Shown here one piece after another: positions 12,890 to 26,263 of a stretch of 64,000 nucleotides of DNA. Position 1 is the first letter of the stretch; each line of letters opens with the position of its first letter. A program made the position numbers and the translations under genes. This stretch comes from Haliotis cracherodii (Eukaryota): the NCBI RefSeq assembly GCF_022045235.1, contig NW_027266264.1:81158001-81222000 (forward strand). The letters run 5' to 3'. A model generated the notes under the pieces. That model worked only from the letters and a program-made list of their open reading frames with translations. It did not search any database and was not told the origin of the DNA.

Positions 12890-13357
12890 ATTAGAATTGA
12901 GTATCGCTTGGTATCTTGCAATACAATTTGTATCACGATACAGATTGGCGATACTACAGGTATCACAATACACCACTTCAGATAGTAAGAAATGATGAAA
13001 TCATTGAAATACAGGTCTAAAACCTCTTTCTTCATACATTTATTTATTTATTTATTTTATTGTTATCTCAAAATCTTTAAGTTTAACAATGAAAACCACA
13101 AGAGAAAAAAAAAAGTTTTAAATTATGGGATGGTTATTAAATGTACACTAATAGTTAGTGTGTCCTCGGTCACCATGTCCTTGTGTTCTACCGTTCTTAC
13201 AGGTGAAGCTATGCTACTTCTGTCATTAACGAATAGGTAACTCTATTAGCTCCTGTTCTATTTATAGCGTATTGCAATTTCACAAAATGACGATTCAAGT
13301 ATCATGTTTTCATAAGTATCAATGTTATCGTATGTATCGGTGAATCGTTACAGCCTT
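12890..13357. mobile_element. Degenerate hAT-type MITE remnant
   Basis: Right end GTATCGGTGAATCGTTACAGCCTTA with repeated GTATCG/CGATAC subterminal motifs; left end not identified. Confidence 0.4.
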
Positions 13358-13720
13358 AGTTTTTATCATGTGTTCATGATCTAAGCCATCCGTATCATCA
13401 GCCTGGAAGTCTAGTGGTTAAATGTGTGAAGCCATTCTCTGTGTGCCCTGTCATATTGCTGACATTGCTGCAAGTGGTGATGAAGTCTCCACACTACTTT
13501 CCTGATGCATACATAAATCAGGAAATCTCTCTCTGGTCCAAAGATAATTTCAGTGTGCAGCATTACTGGAGTTTGAAGTTTTGGGACTTTCATACAAATA
13601 ACCGTGTCTAGCCCTACGGTGTCATAATGGATATTATCCTGTCAATGTGGCATTTTCATCCTTATCAGACAGAAAAAGCAGTAATGGAATTTTGGCTCAT
13701 CACCATTTTTTCTGTTTCAG

Positions 13721-13940
13721 CATTGACAAAGTTCCTAAAATCACATCCCCTGTGCTGGTGATTCATGGGACGGAAGATGAAGTGATAGACTTTTCTCATG
13801 GACTTGCAATTTATGAGCGATGTCCTCGCACAGTAGAACCACTGTGGGTAGAGGGCGCTGGACACAATGATGTGGAACTTTATGGACAGTATTTAGAGCG
13901 CTTAAAACAGTTCATCAACGTAGAGCTGGCTATCAATTGA
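13721..13940 (+). CDS. ABHD17: ABHD17 coding exon 2 (catalytic Asp and His)
   Basis: ttttctgtttcAG acceptor; AG+C=Ser; [28 protein letters not shown]...[10 protein letters not shown]; joined CDS is 867 nt = 288 aa. Confidence 0.97.
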
Positions 13941-14090
13941 CTAGAGGAGGGCATTGAGGGAGCAACGGAAACTGAGAATGATGTGGAGACACCCAACGAA
14001 GAACCTGAGGCAGTCTCAACCTCTCAGACTCAACACACAACCGAAGAGGTGGAGTTGAAGAACAACTCTGCTGTTGAACGGGTTGTCTGA
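13941..14090 (+). CDS. Putative stop-codon readthrough extension of ABHD17 (49 aa, acidic)
   Basis: Stop context TGA-CTAG; in-frame LEEGIEGATETENDVETPNEEPEAVSTSQTQHTTEEVELKNNSAVERVV*. Confidence 0.6.
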   Translation, partial: LEEGIEGATETENDVETPNEEPEAVSTSQTQHTTEEVELKNNSAVERVV

Positions 14091-17000
14091 CAATACAGGG
14101 ACTTAGGGACACAGTCCTGTCCATGACAGGTTCTCTCATCTACATGGGTTGCACTCCGAGCATCCACGTATCATGGCTACAGTGAGTGATCTGACTCAGG
14201 AGGCTGCCGTTTTTCACTTCATTGGAACTGTCGACTACAGTAGTGTTTTTGTCTAATACACAAGGATAACTTTCCTAGTAAATGTTTGAATCCTTTCAAC
14301 TTCAGGCTGTTTGTAAATTCTTGAGATTACTATCAACTGCAGCAGTTCTTGATGTCATTTGAGAAATTACCTATGATAAATGTCAGTTTTTGTGTTTAAA
14401 TGTTCAAAATTTCTGGATACTACTGGAGTGCTCTGGGACTTTGGAATCTGTAAAGTTTCAAAATTCTGTTTGATGTTGAGAGTTTTTGGGGAATCCGAGT
14501 TATGTGAACGTTTCTACCACAACAATCCACATACACAACTGGATTTACCACCCTCCCCTTGTGTACCATGGACTTCCCTATCAGTTTCCCCCTCTTTGCC
14601 CACAGGAAGAATACAGTCGAGATGATTGTATAGTAATAGCAAATGGTTCATTTGCTTGTGTACAGTCTGTAATATATATATAATGTTGTGATCACTGTTA
14701 TGTATGTGAGCAGATATGCCAAAACTTAAAATGGTGAAATATAATTTTTCATCTCTCTTTTGTTGAAACATTTAACTATTAATGGTCTTTGCGGGATCAC
14801 ACTAGCCTGAGGAGGGCTAGCATGTCATCAATATGTTTGTTAGGATATATACTTTTTAGAGGATGATTTGTATGTGGTTATTGTAAGAAGTTATTGATAA
14901 TGTCATATGTTTGGTTTTCAGTTCAGGTTAATTTTTAAGTGGCATAGTATATATATATATAAGGTTTTTGTATGTACCTAAAGTTAGCCTAAAACTCTTT
15001 GTTCATTATTGATGCCTTCATCACACATGCTGAGTCCCCAATGTCAGGCTAGGAACTTCTTTAATTATATGAAACTATTCCACTAGCACACACTGCTGAA
15101 TGATGAATAATCACTCATATCTGTATAAGGACCAACAATTATATACATGATGTATGACCAGTGTTATCAAAAGGGCTGCTAGAACTTTTTGTGTGTGTTA
15201 TTCAAATGGCTGAACCACAAGCTCACCTTACAATATACTTCTGTCATAGCTCATGTAGACTGTATTTCATGCCCTTCAATCTACCGAAATACTCTGGTTT
15301 ACAGACTATTTAGCATTGAACTTTCTTACAAAATAGGTTTTGTTTATTTCAATTTTAATTTCCGATTTTATGTAGGAGTTGAGGACATTGTCTCAGCTGA
15401 TAAAATCATATGAGCATGAGTCGCTAGCTTCCTTTTATGTAATCACTGCTTTAGCATGTTCAGTATCACACCTATGTATCGCAGTGCTTCAAATGTGTAG
15501 AAAATGTTTCATGATAATGAATCATGATAAGGGAATAGAATCAGTATTTCCGTATTTATCACTGTCAACATGGTTAAGGACAAAAATACTTTAGGTGCCA
15601 ATTTCTCATAAGCTAGGGTTCATGAATATGATGTATGGCCATATAAACAATGTACAAATAATACAACTTGTAGCATAGTGCATATGACAGATGGAAAGAG
15701 TATTCAAACCTCCATTACCTTGAGGTGAAGGATGTAAGAATGATGATGATGATGAAAGGTCAAGATGTTCATATTGGTTCAACAGCAGGGTGTTCAATGT
15801 CGGCCAACATGGACTAGCTTGTAAAGTTGCCCCCCTTCCCTATGTCATCAGTTGATCTGTTGAACAAGTGATGGAGTGATTTTAATCATGCTAATACTGT
15901 TCATTGTGCATTTGTTTTCCTTCCCCATCTTCACAAAAGTATCATGGTTATGACATCATTTTTGGATTATTGATAAGCAAGGCAATATTAGGTGAATTTT
16001 AGGAAGTAGAATTGGTTTCATGGAATTATCAGATAGAGCGTCAGTTGTTTATGAAGATATCTGTCAGCAAATATGTTGTATTGTATGGGTTGGTAATTAG
16101 TTGTCACATTAAATATGAATATTCAAGGGCAAGTCAGAGAAGAACTTGCAATTGTAGGTCTCTTCCCTATGAAAGTTTGACCAGCAGTGCACTGTACCAT
16201 GACGCCTAACCCTAACAGTAGCTGATTATACTGGGACATGACAGGTACACCCAGTGAACAACCGGAGGAAACTTGTGTTATATATCTGAACAAAATACCG
16301 CCAACTCTGTACTTACCTATGTTTATGAAATACTGTTTTGTTTTATATAACATTTATATGTCTTCGCAATCTATGTTATTATTGTCATCTATCTAGCATG
16401 TCTGTAGTATTTTAATTCCAACTTTGCCTGTCTTTATTTCACTTGACCAAGGAGTGATGATATTACGATACTGCCTTTATGGTGGTGGTCAGCACAGGGA
16501 CTAATATCACCAGCAGCACACCAGGGAAACTTGATTGGGGAAACTCAGTAACTCAGCATTTGTGACCCACCAGGAGAAAAGGGACATTATGGGTGCTAGG
16601 ATACAATTGTGCTGTGACTTCATAAAGAAAGATGTTTGATGTCAACTTCCTTCTGTAAAAATAGCCTTGTGTGTGGACAGTAAAAAATATCATATTTTTT
16701 TCTTATTAGTTCGTGATTTTATTTCAAAACATTTCTGCATATATATCTACTTTTAACTAATCAGACGTTATATCTAAGATTCAGTTATTACATTAACGGT
16801 CATGAGTCTGAAAATGGGACTTGTGCCAATGTTTAGTGCTATGTATCTCTGTGATAAATATTGAAGAATTGAAGCTTATCAATTGTATTCTCGTGGTCCT
16901 AAAATACAGTAGTTTAAAAAAAATAATAAGTCAAAATGCGATTTTTCACCCATAAGGTCCCTTATCTCATGGTTGGTCACATATGTGAATAGGTAGGACA

Positions 17001-17335
17001 GTGGTGGACTGTGTGGACAAGATGCATGTTCTGAAATCATGTTACCAGTCATCTGCGGCACCACAGTTTCAATTTCCAGATTTGGCCAGAATATGATCCC
17101 TGTTATTAGGATAATTGCATAACTTGATCCGTTCCATCCCGTCAGACCCATTTATGCTTAAATGGGATGATATGTCAAAACATGAACATGATGTTTCCGA
17201 ACCTGCACTGTTCAGTAGTCTGTTCAGCTCAAAATAAGTTAGGGAACACCCATTTTTTTACTATAGTTAATCTGTCATGGCATGAAAGATTAACTGTGGT
17301 CATATAAAAAAAGGGAGTACTTTAAATTCTTTTGA

Positions 17336-17649
17336 CACCGTTGGAAATTGTCACCAGCCCTTTAGACCTTGCCAAACTCCCTGATAGTTTAGGTATCATA
17401 AAGACTAGTAGAAATTTGCCCTTTTTAAAGGTTTTACTATATGTTATCATTACAGCTGTAGAAACTAACATAGTAGTCTTCTGGTCCTTATAATGATACC
17501 ATATAGCTAAACCCTTATAATTGGCAAATTCCTACTAGTCCTTATGATACCTTAACAATTGGGCAGCTTGGCAAGGGCTACAGGACTAATGCCAATTTCT
17601 AACGCTACATTATAAGGACTAGTGGACTAAAAGTTGGTTTCTATCACTG
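17336..17649. mobile_element. hAT-like MITE containing an inverted copy of itself (second locus)
   Basis: Same modules as 10916-11233; inner copy 17453-17607 flanked by duplicated CATTA. Confidence 0.65.
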
Positions 17650-20600
17650 TTTGTGTTACATATATTGGGCAGAGATGTGGGCACAGAGTAGCCTTAAGAT
17701 ACGGATTGCTGTTGGTTTGTGGGGATGACGGCACACTGCGTCCACCGGCGCAGTAGGAGTAACTGTGCTGATCTCCCCTGAGTCTCTGTAATGTTGACTG
17801 TCTTGGTTGATACTACCATGTCCACAGTGCTTTTGACTGATGTGATATATCTCTGAAATAAAACTCTTTGAAACGTGTATATACGATGAAACCACAGGAC
17901 TTTGAGAGCTGTTCATATAGATGTGCATGTGTGATGATGATAGAGAGTTTAGTTTCAGGAACTGTTTTCTAGAGTGCTATTCACTAGTGCTGTTCACCAA
18001 TCACCATATCCAGGGATAGTCGTCACAATGATATTTACTTTTCAGAGTTCAGATTTCAATAGCTTTACCATCATATAGTAAATTAATATTTCCCTAAGAA
18101 AATAGTATTTTTCGATATATGTGCTTGAAGTATGTATGTGTTAGTATGACTTGACACGATTTGCCTGTTATGACAAAGTTTGGCTTTAATTGGTTTAAAT
18201 TTGACATTTATGAATTTGAAATTGATACAAAACTGTCAAGGCCCAAAGAACTGCAGTGTTGGTATCTTAAAAGTAAACATGTGGAGGCCATAGACATGTA
18301 ATATCATACATGCTTAGGCACGGATAATGTACTCCACAAGTATTCCATTGAATGTGTGTAAATACCTCCACCCGCTAGTTGACTGAATACATAATGCAGT
18401 GAAATCCACTGAAAAATGTACGGCTTTGTACAATGCCGGGACGTATGATATGGTGCATCCTCAAACCTTGCTACCCATTGTGAACGTTTTGGTCTGAGTG
18501 TTGAAAGCAACAATCTTTACCAGGGAATGAATCTCTGCAGACACTTCTGTTGGTCTGCCAGTTACTAGGTGTTCTAGTCCTTTATCAGTGTTTTTCATTT
18601 GGGCCACTAGAAAAGTCTCCAAGTTCAACCCATGTGTTGAAATACTCTTCAGCAATGTTTAAATTATGAAAACACTCTCTGAAAAGCATAAATATTTCTA
18701 TCTTTTCATTGGTTACATAGTTGCTCATTTATAACTGGCAGATTGTGTTTAATTTCTATTTACACAAGCTGGATTTTCTTTTAGAAAATACATGAATTTT
18801 AGTCATTTTTTATGTCTCTTGGGAAGTACTGGTTTATTTTGAAATATGTGGTTTAATATTTACCACTTGTGTTCACTACAACATGCTTAGCAATCAATTG
18901 TTCGCCTTCAGTCAGAAAACATATCCATGGCATAACTTTACTTGTCTTGAGGTCGATGAAATGGGAATAGTAGACACTCAATCACATCACCACATTGACA
19001 TGAATATCAGGCACACTTTGAATCATCGCAACTTAATGTTTATGATCAGTAGAATAACATTTGTAGATATAGGATGTCCGTGACAATTCATGTACATATC
19101 AATGCTCCTTACGTCTCAGATTTATAAATGTACTTAATAATTGATTGAACTATAATAGAATATTCTGGTATTATTCTTGTGTGAAAGATATTGATAACAG
19201 TTCTCAGTATTGAGATTTTGAAACACCTTTTTTTAAAAAAATATGATTATGTTTACCAAAACTTACTATTTCAGTCCTTAGGATTTACATTCTTTCCTGC
19301 CAAGTCAGCAATAATAGTAATTTATTAGCCATCTCTCAGACATGCGGTATGTATAAATTATGCTGTACAAATGTTTGCAACTCTGTAACTATGGTAACAT
19401 GTATATTGTGTCCCTGCCTTATGTATTGTGAAGATCGTGTAAGATAATCTGTATTCAACACTGAGGTGTGGGGTATTATTTTTGTCCTTAACCCTACACA
19501 CATTGTGGTATCGAATCACAGAAAACAATGTCACTACATATTATTAAACAGCCTTTATTCTTCACTAGTGGTCAACATGTCTTATCTTACTCCTTTGATG
19601 GTTGTCTGCCCTTTTCTTTTTCTTGAAATTGTGCTTCTGATTCCGTTGAACCTGTACCTGCATTGTCATCCTGGACCCTCAATGGCGTTGTGCCAGTGAA
19701 TGCAAATATCGGATAATAACTTAACCAAAAAAATGGCCTCAAGCTGGCAATATTAAAGGTGCAAGATCAAGGCTCTGTTATATATATTATCTTCTATTGC
19801 CCTTTGGCATTTTCTGATGAAAATGCTCTTTGTCTAAACATGCAGGCTTTGAGCTGAAACTTCATTTGATGGGTAATTTAGCTTTTGTAAAGATTGTCTG
19901 CAGTCTTTTTGCAGATTGTTTTTATAATAATCAAATGGATCTATCAACGCTGATACTCATTGCCAGTTTGTTTATTCCTGGATACCTTTACACAGCGTGA
20001 AGTAATAAACATCATGTTCTGCTCAAAAGAAGTTAAGGAACACCCAACAGTTACTCTGTCATTGCAACACACAGCCTTCCAAATGTGGGTGTCCCTTAAT
20101 TTATCTTGAGTAGTATATTTTGTTCAAAACAACTCCCAATTTTGCATCTTTAACGTGACAAATTGCCGTCACAGTCCACTACAGTGAAGGGTTATATAGG
20201 ACAGTTTAATTTGATAGATCCATTACTTAGCAACACTAAATTATATATGAGACAATTATGTTTTAGGCAATAGGCAAGTTCTTAGAAGAACTGGTCACTA
20301 GTGTGGACCTGACTTGTCAGCAGTGGCCTGTGTAGTAGACTTAATGCAATACTTCACTGGTACCAGCTGACTGGAACATACAGGTAATTGCACTATCAAT
20401 GGAGAATAATTCCATGCAAAGTTTAAAAGGAGAAATAGCCCACACCACTGCACTCCACACCATGGTGAATGTTAATTATGCTAATGAGATGGTAATTTAG
20501 GATGACATATGCTGTGATTGGATAACTCCTACAGTGACACTACATGCATTAACAGGCTAAGACCATTTCATGAGTAATACTGACATCTGGATATGACCAG

Positions 20601-21234
20601 CATTTCAAACACTGATGCTAGGCTAAAGGAGCCAAGGGACTTAATGCAAGGCCCATGTCAGGAGCTGTGTAGTGCGGCCATTGTTGCCAGTTGTCAACAC
20701 AAGCTATGCTAGTGGTTGTATATCTTCAGGGAAGTCTGTTCCAGTATTGATTGTGTCTAAAGTTAATGGAATTACATTAATTATATGTAGTTAGGCCAGG
20801 ATTACTTAAGTCAACCCTATCAGTGTTTTTGTGTGCTGGAGGTGAAAATGTTACAGATTAATGGCCACCATACACCACAGGAACTAAGTAATAGACCAGA
20901 TTTGTTATAATTATATTTGTGTCAGTCACTCTAAATCATGATGTACATAGAATCTCATTCTGTAATGGGTAATGTGATTTCAATACAATGAATTGAATAC
21001 TTATTCAATGAATAGGAAATCTATGATTTAAATGTTTCATGCTGACCTTATTTCAAATTATTTGAAAGTGTTCTAATAGTGTTATTTAATCTCAGTTACC
21101 ACTGTGATAAATGGAATAAGATTAGTTATGTACAAGTCCAGGGGGTCTAGATTGTGTGTTTCTGTGGCTTATATTTCAAAACAACTAAACTGGGTGTTTG
21201 ATCACTGAGTATTGATTTGAATGTTATGACAACT

Positions 21235-21640
21235 GGGGGGCACGGGTGGCCCATCTGTGATTGTAGGTTCGAATCCTGGTTAGCCCGATTATGTTTCAAG
21301 GTTTGTCAGCACCATACCCGTGCTTGTTGGTTTCACTGAAGTGGTAAATGTCTAAAACCTGCAGGGGGCACAGGTGCCCCAGTCGTCTAAGGCGCCGTGA
21401 TTCGCTGTGCAGAGTTGCGTCCCTTGGGCACGCCAGAAACCTATGATTGTGGGTTCGAATCCCGGTTCGCCCCGATTATGTTTCAAGGTTTTTCAGCACC
21501 AAACCCGTGCTCGTGGGTTTAACCGAAGTGGTAAACGTCTGAGACCTGCATCACTTCTGGCCTTCCTCCCACATTAAGCTGACACACCGTGATATAACTG
21601 GAATACTGTTAAAAGCGGTGTTAAACCCAACTCACTCACT
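21235..21640 (+). mobile_element. SINE family C: internally deleted copy followed head-to-tail by a full copy
   Basis: Two GGGGGCAC heads (21235, 21364), tail GCGGTGTTAAACCCAACTCACTCACT, flanking TATGACAA direct repeat. Confidence 0.88.
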
Positions 21641-22757
21641 ATGACAAATGTGAAGGAATAATGACAACTGTGAAGGAAAACAACAGAGGTGTGGTGCAAG
21701 AGGTTATCACCCCCTTGTGTGGTTACTTGTCGCTGTGCTGCTATGTTTTCAATTCTATGCCCAGTTAGACACTGTGGAAAGCCATGATATAGCTGAAATA
21801 CTGCTGACTCAAAACATCACTTTCAAGCTTCTCTGAGATTCTAGAAATACTGGCAAAGCTCAATGAATTTGAAATTCACTCATTTGTACTTGTAGGGTAT
21901 GTCCCATCAATTCAATATGATATGGGCTAAAATCAGGCTTATGATGTCTGAAAGTGTCCTTTGAACATGTTGTAAATACAGAGATGATTTTCGACTGCAT
22001 CTTTCCGAGTAGCAGTAATTAGGTTTGATAGGGCAGTGACCTGACATTATAATGTAGGGTTAATTAATGACTCACTAATTGAGGCACTTTAGGACTAACG
22101 ACTTGAGGAGACCAACTGGGTAACTGAATGCCTGCACTAATTGCTGCATTAAAGCACAAATGCCAGTCAAGTCAAGCTTCCCATATACAGGAATAGTAAT
22201 ATGCTGCTTCTAGCTGTCTGATTTCCCAAACAAGCTTGTTATTTTGGCTTTGTCCCTAGGATATTTGTTGAATATTTTTTGTTATGAATGATGGCAAAAT
22301 ACAATTATTTATTCCCTTAATATCCTACTTCAGAAGTTGGTCTTATTACAGTGATGCTTCTTGGTCTATCACTGAACTTGTAGATTGCTACTGTACGGAT
22401 GTAATGGAAGGGATGTTCAGATATTGATTCTCAGTCACTCTGGTGAATCTTACCAGGATATGATATGGCTAGGATAAAGTTCGAAGGGCAGAAACCTTAC
22501 TCACTCAATCACACTTGAATACTGAAACAGGCTATGGCTATATCGTAGTTAGGCAATATCTAGAGAGATAGCCATTCTATAGGGTGTTCTGTAACACCTC
22601 CACAAGGCTCCTCTCCCCCCACACACTAAATGTCACAACTATTCCTGTCTCAGGCATGGGGGTTGTCTGGGTTCCATATACTACCTACTTCTTCTAATGT
22701 CCAGTTGTAGCACTTATGTCATCTTCACTCACCAAATTTTGGAACATATTTTTGCTA

Positions 22758-22763
22758 AATAAA
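22758..22763 (+). terminator. Candidate distal polyadenylation signal (ABHD17)
   Basis: AATAAA followed ~20 nt later by GU/U-rich TCTGGTTTGTGTTTTCTTTT; sits near the end of the CpG-poor domain. Confidence 0.35.
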
Positions 22764-22827
22764 AACGTAGTGAACTACACAGTCTGGTTTGTGTTTTCTT
22801 TTATGGTCCTTGTAACATTGTCTCTAA

Positions 22828-22990
22828 TGGGGTGGTCAGGTAGCCTGGTGGTTAAAAGTGTTCACTCCTAATCCTGGAAGACCCGTTCGATTCCCAACAG
22901 GGGGGCAATGTGTGATGCCCATTTCTGGTGTCCCCCAACGTGATATTGCTGGAATATTGGTAAAAGCGGCATAAAACCAAACACACTCAC
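22828..22990 (+). mobile_element. tRNA-derived SINE family B
   Basis: A box TAGCCTGGTGG, B box GTTCGATTCC, tail GCGGCATAAAACC..CACTCAC, TSD TCTCTAA. Confidence 0.88.
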
Positions 22991-23246
22991 TCTCTAAAGT
23001 AGTATTTCATTTGAAAAGTATGTTTTGATACAACATTTGGAGCTATCTGGCGATTCCATGTCAATCGTTTGGGGTTATTTATTATCATGCACTTAGGTAA
23101 CAATGTTCGAAAACAATCTGCAGGGATATGGCTGGGCACTCATTGTCCCCGGAGGTTCACTTGTTAGATACTGCAAGTAAACAGGGCCAGCCTACCAGGG
23201 AAGGTGCAGCGTTCATAATGTGTTGAAGGATATTGAGCAAAGCTTC

Positions 23247-23425
23247 GTTTGTTTGGTTGGTTGTTCTTTAACGCCGGACTATATACCAGCAATATGACAG
23301 ACGGTCTGTAAATAATCGAGTCTGGACCAGACAATCCAGTTATTGACATCATCTGACCACCCGATTCATTTTCTCGCCTTCTTAAGACAAGCATTGGTTG
23401 CTTGGGACCTAAATCCCCACGGGTC
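23247..23425 (-). mobile_element. Retroposon family A, variant subfamily, internally deleted
   Basis: Reverse complement aligns to family A; head GACCCGTGGGGA..GGTCCCAAGCAACC. Confidence 0.8.
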
Positions 23426-23826
23426 TTGGTCACAGCTCAAGTGGGATGTTCCTTATAGAAATGTTTGGATGATTATGAAAGTAGGTCCAGGATAAAGTTG
23501 AGATTTCTTCTGTTCCACTGTTGATAAAAGCGGCGTAAAACCATACTCACTCACTGTTACGTTATAACGTTATACGGGTGTCTCAGTCATTTTGCCGTGC
23601 AGAGTTGCATCCCTTAGGCGTAACAGAAACTAATGATGGCGTGTTCGAATCCCAGATTCGCCCTGTTTATGTCTCTAGGTTTATCAATACCATACCCGTG
23701 TTCGTGGGTTCCACGAAATATGTAGAAGACCTTTCCTCCCAAATCAAGCTGACACGCCGTGATATAACATTCACATACTCACTCATCCATTTGTTCACAC
23801 GTACACACACTACAATGTAAATAGCT

Positions 23827-23976
23827 TCAGTTGCCGCCGGTCTCCGTATAGTGTATGTCTCCCGCCATTGCACAGACAAAGCCGTACTCTTGGGAACATG
23901 TCCCGTCGTCACTGCCGCTGCTAACATCGCCGTCGGCGGATCCACTAAAGTCGACGTTATGACATGCAGACGTCTC
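23827..23976 (-). CDS. Possible terminal exon or pseudo-exon with C-type-lectin-like Cys spacing
   Basis: ctctcgtAG acceptor then ETSACHNVDFSGSADGDVSSGSDDGTCSQEYGFVCAMAGDIHYTETGGN*; upstream exons not identified. Confidence 0.25.
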   Translation of the reverse strand, partial: ETSACHNVDFSGSADGDVSSGSDDGTCSQEYGFVCAMAGDIHYTETGGN

Positions 23977-24943
23977 CTACGAGAGCCCAACGACTCGACG
24001 ATAATTAACATCGATTGGTTAAACCCTTCCTCCATCGAGAGTCGGGGTCAGTTTTCATTGTGTAATATTTAGCCAAATTACCACCGCCTCCCTGCGTAAT
24101 TCGACACACGGAATTAGGTGCCCTGTAACCGCTGGTTGAAGTGGAGAGGTCACATTCAAATGGTTATACATGTGCTGTTTTTTATTTGAAGCCACGAAGG
24201 GGTAAACTGATTTAAAGTCAGAGATTTGTAAGAGAAGTATAATGTAGTTTAGAAAATGACGTTTTCGTCCAAGAACGCCTTGAAATTAACCGATGTTTCT
24301 TCATGAGGAACATTTTACGAAGGCATGACGACAAAGGACCTGGAGAAGTTACGAGTGGGTTATTCCCACCCCCATTTTAAGAAGAGAACCGTATCGATTT
24401 TATAGTTTAACACCGCATATTTTACCAATTATCTCCAATCTCTAAACCCAAGTCCACGGACTCGTTAATCAACCGGTTTCCAGATACAGGCAAATATATA
24501 ATGGCACACATTATATTGACGGCAGTTCCCAACCTGCGTACGGCAAAGTGCACTTGTAACAAAGACTGACTCAAACATTACGTGGGGGGACTAACATGAA
24601 CGACGGGCACCTGCTACATGGAGGAACGTGCTCCATACATTACCGGCCATCCCGGCGCCCTGATTCGTTAACCAAGGCGGCAATATATAATGCACTTTGA
24701 ACATAACTTTGTATGTGGCCCGCCATGTGTTATATTGTATTTAGTACAATGTATCTTGATCGCAGGTTGATGGTTATACTGTCTTGTGCCGTCTCCTTGA
24801 TCTCATTTCGCACATCAAACATGTCACACATTCAAATGTCACATAATGCATGCCACACATTCACCTGTCACATCATACATGTCACACATTCAAATGTCAC
24901 GTCATATAGGTGATACATTCAAATATTACATGATATATGGGTC

Positions 24944-25298
24944 CGACCGCCTCTGTGGTCTACTGGTAGACCGTCCGCCCGGAGAGCGGAAGGTCCGGGG
25001 TTCGATCCCCGGCTGCGTCATACCAAAAGACGTTAAAAGATGGTACTTGTTGTTACCCTGTCTGGTGCTCGGCATTAAGGGGCTAAGACAAGGACTGGTC
25101 GGCTCGGAGTCTGTATACTGTGTCTGAGTGGGGTATTCATGTTAAACTGCGGCATGGTACCACAGTGAGCTAGCACTATAAATCGGAATCAGTCCGGACT
25201 AGTACAAGCAGCCACACACATACATACACGTGCATGCACGTGGCTATATAAGTGCAATAATCTTGGACGCGACGTTAAACCCAATTTCACCTCACCTC
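24944..25298 (+). mobile_element. tRNA-derived SINE family D (Meta-domain-like body), full length
   Basis: A box TGGTCTACTGG, B box GGTTCGATCCC, body GTCATACCAAAAGACGTTAAAAGATGGTACTTG resembling the recalled MetaSINE domain; perfect TSD ATATATGGGTC (24933-24943, 25299-25309). Confidence 0.88.
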
Positions 25299-25526
25299 AT
25301 ATATGGGTCACATTCAAATATCACCTTAATATAGGTCACACATACAAATGTCACATCATATGGGTCGCACTCCTCAAATGTCACATCATATCGTTGACAC
25401 ATTCAAATAGTTCGTCAAGGGTCACATGCGAAAGTCACATTATGATCATAGATCATACTCGTATCATACGTCATCATATGAATGTCACGTGAGTCACATT
25501 CTCCCTCAGCCCGATCTTGCCACATC

Positions 25527-25795
25527 CTGCCTTGACACAAGCTATAACCACGTCCTGCTTTGGCGATGTTTAACCATATACTGCCTTGACACAAGCTATA
25601 ACCATGTCCTGCTTTGGCGATGTTTAACCATATACTGCCTTGACACAAGCTATAACCACGTCCTGCTTTGGCGATGTTTAACCATATACTGCCTTGACAC
25701 AAGCTATAACCACGTCCTGCTTTGGCGATGTTTAACCATATACTGCCTTGACACAAGCTATAACCATGTCCTGCTTTGGCGATGTTTAACCCATA
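25527..25795. repeat. 54-bp minisatellite, 5 copies
   Basis: CTGCCTTGACACAAGCTATAACCACGTCCTGCTTTGGCGATGTTTAACCATATA. Confidence 0.95.
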
Positions 25796-26263
25796 CACGT
25801 CATTATTGTGGTAATATTCTATACAGTATATAAGTCTCACACGTCAATATTGTGGTAATATTCTATACAGTATATAAGTCTCACACGTCAATATTGTGGT
25901 AATATTCTGTACAGTATATAAGTCTCACACGTCAATATTGTGGCAATATTCTGTACAGTATATAAGTCTCACACGTCAATATTGTGGTAATATTCTATAC
26001 AGTATATAAGTCTCACACGTCAATATTGTGGTAATATTCTGTACAGTATATAAGTCTCACACGTCAATATTGTGGTAATATTCTGTACAGTATATAAGTC
26101 TCACACGTCAATATTGTGGTAATATTCTGTACAGTATATAAGTCTCACACGTCAATATTGTGGTAATATTCTGTACAGTATATAAGTCTCACACGTCAAT
26201 ATTGTGGTAATATTCTGTACAGTATATAAGTCTCGCACGTCAATATTGTGGTAATATTCTGTA
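25796..26263. repeat. 44-bp minisatellite, ~10.5 copies
   Basis: CACACGTCAATATTGTGGTAATATTCTGTACAGTATATAAGTCT. Confidence 0.95.
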
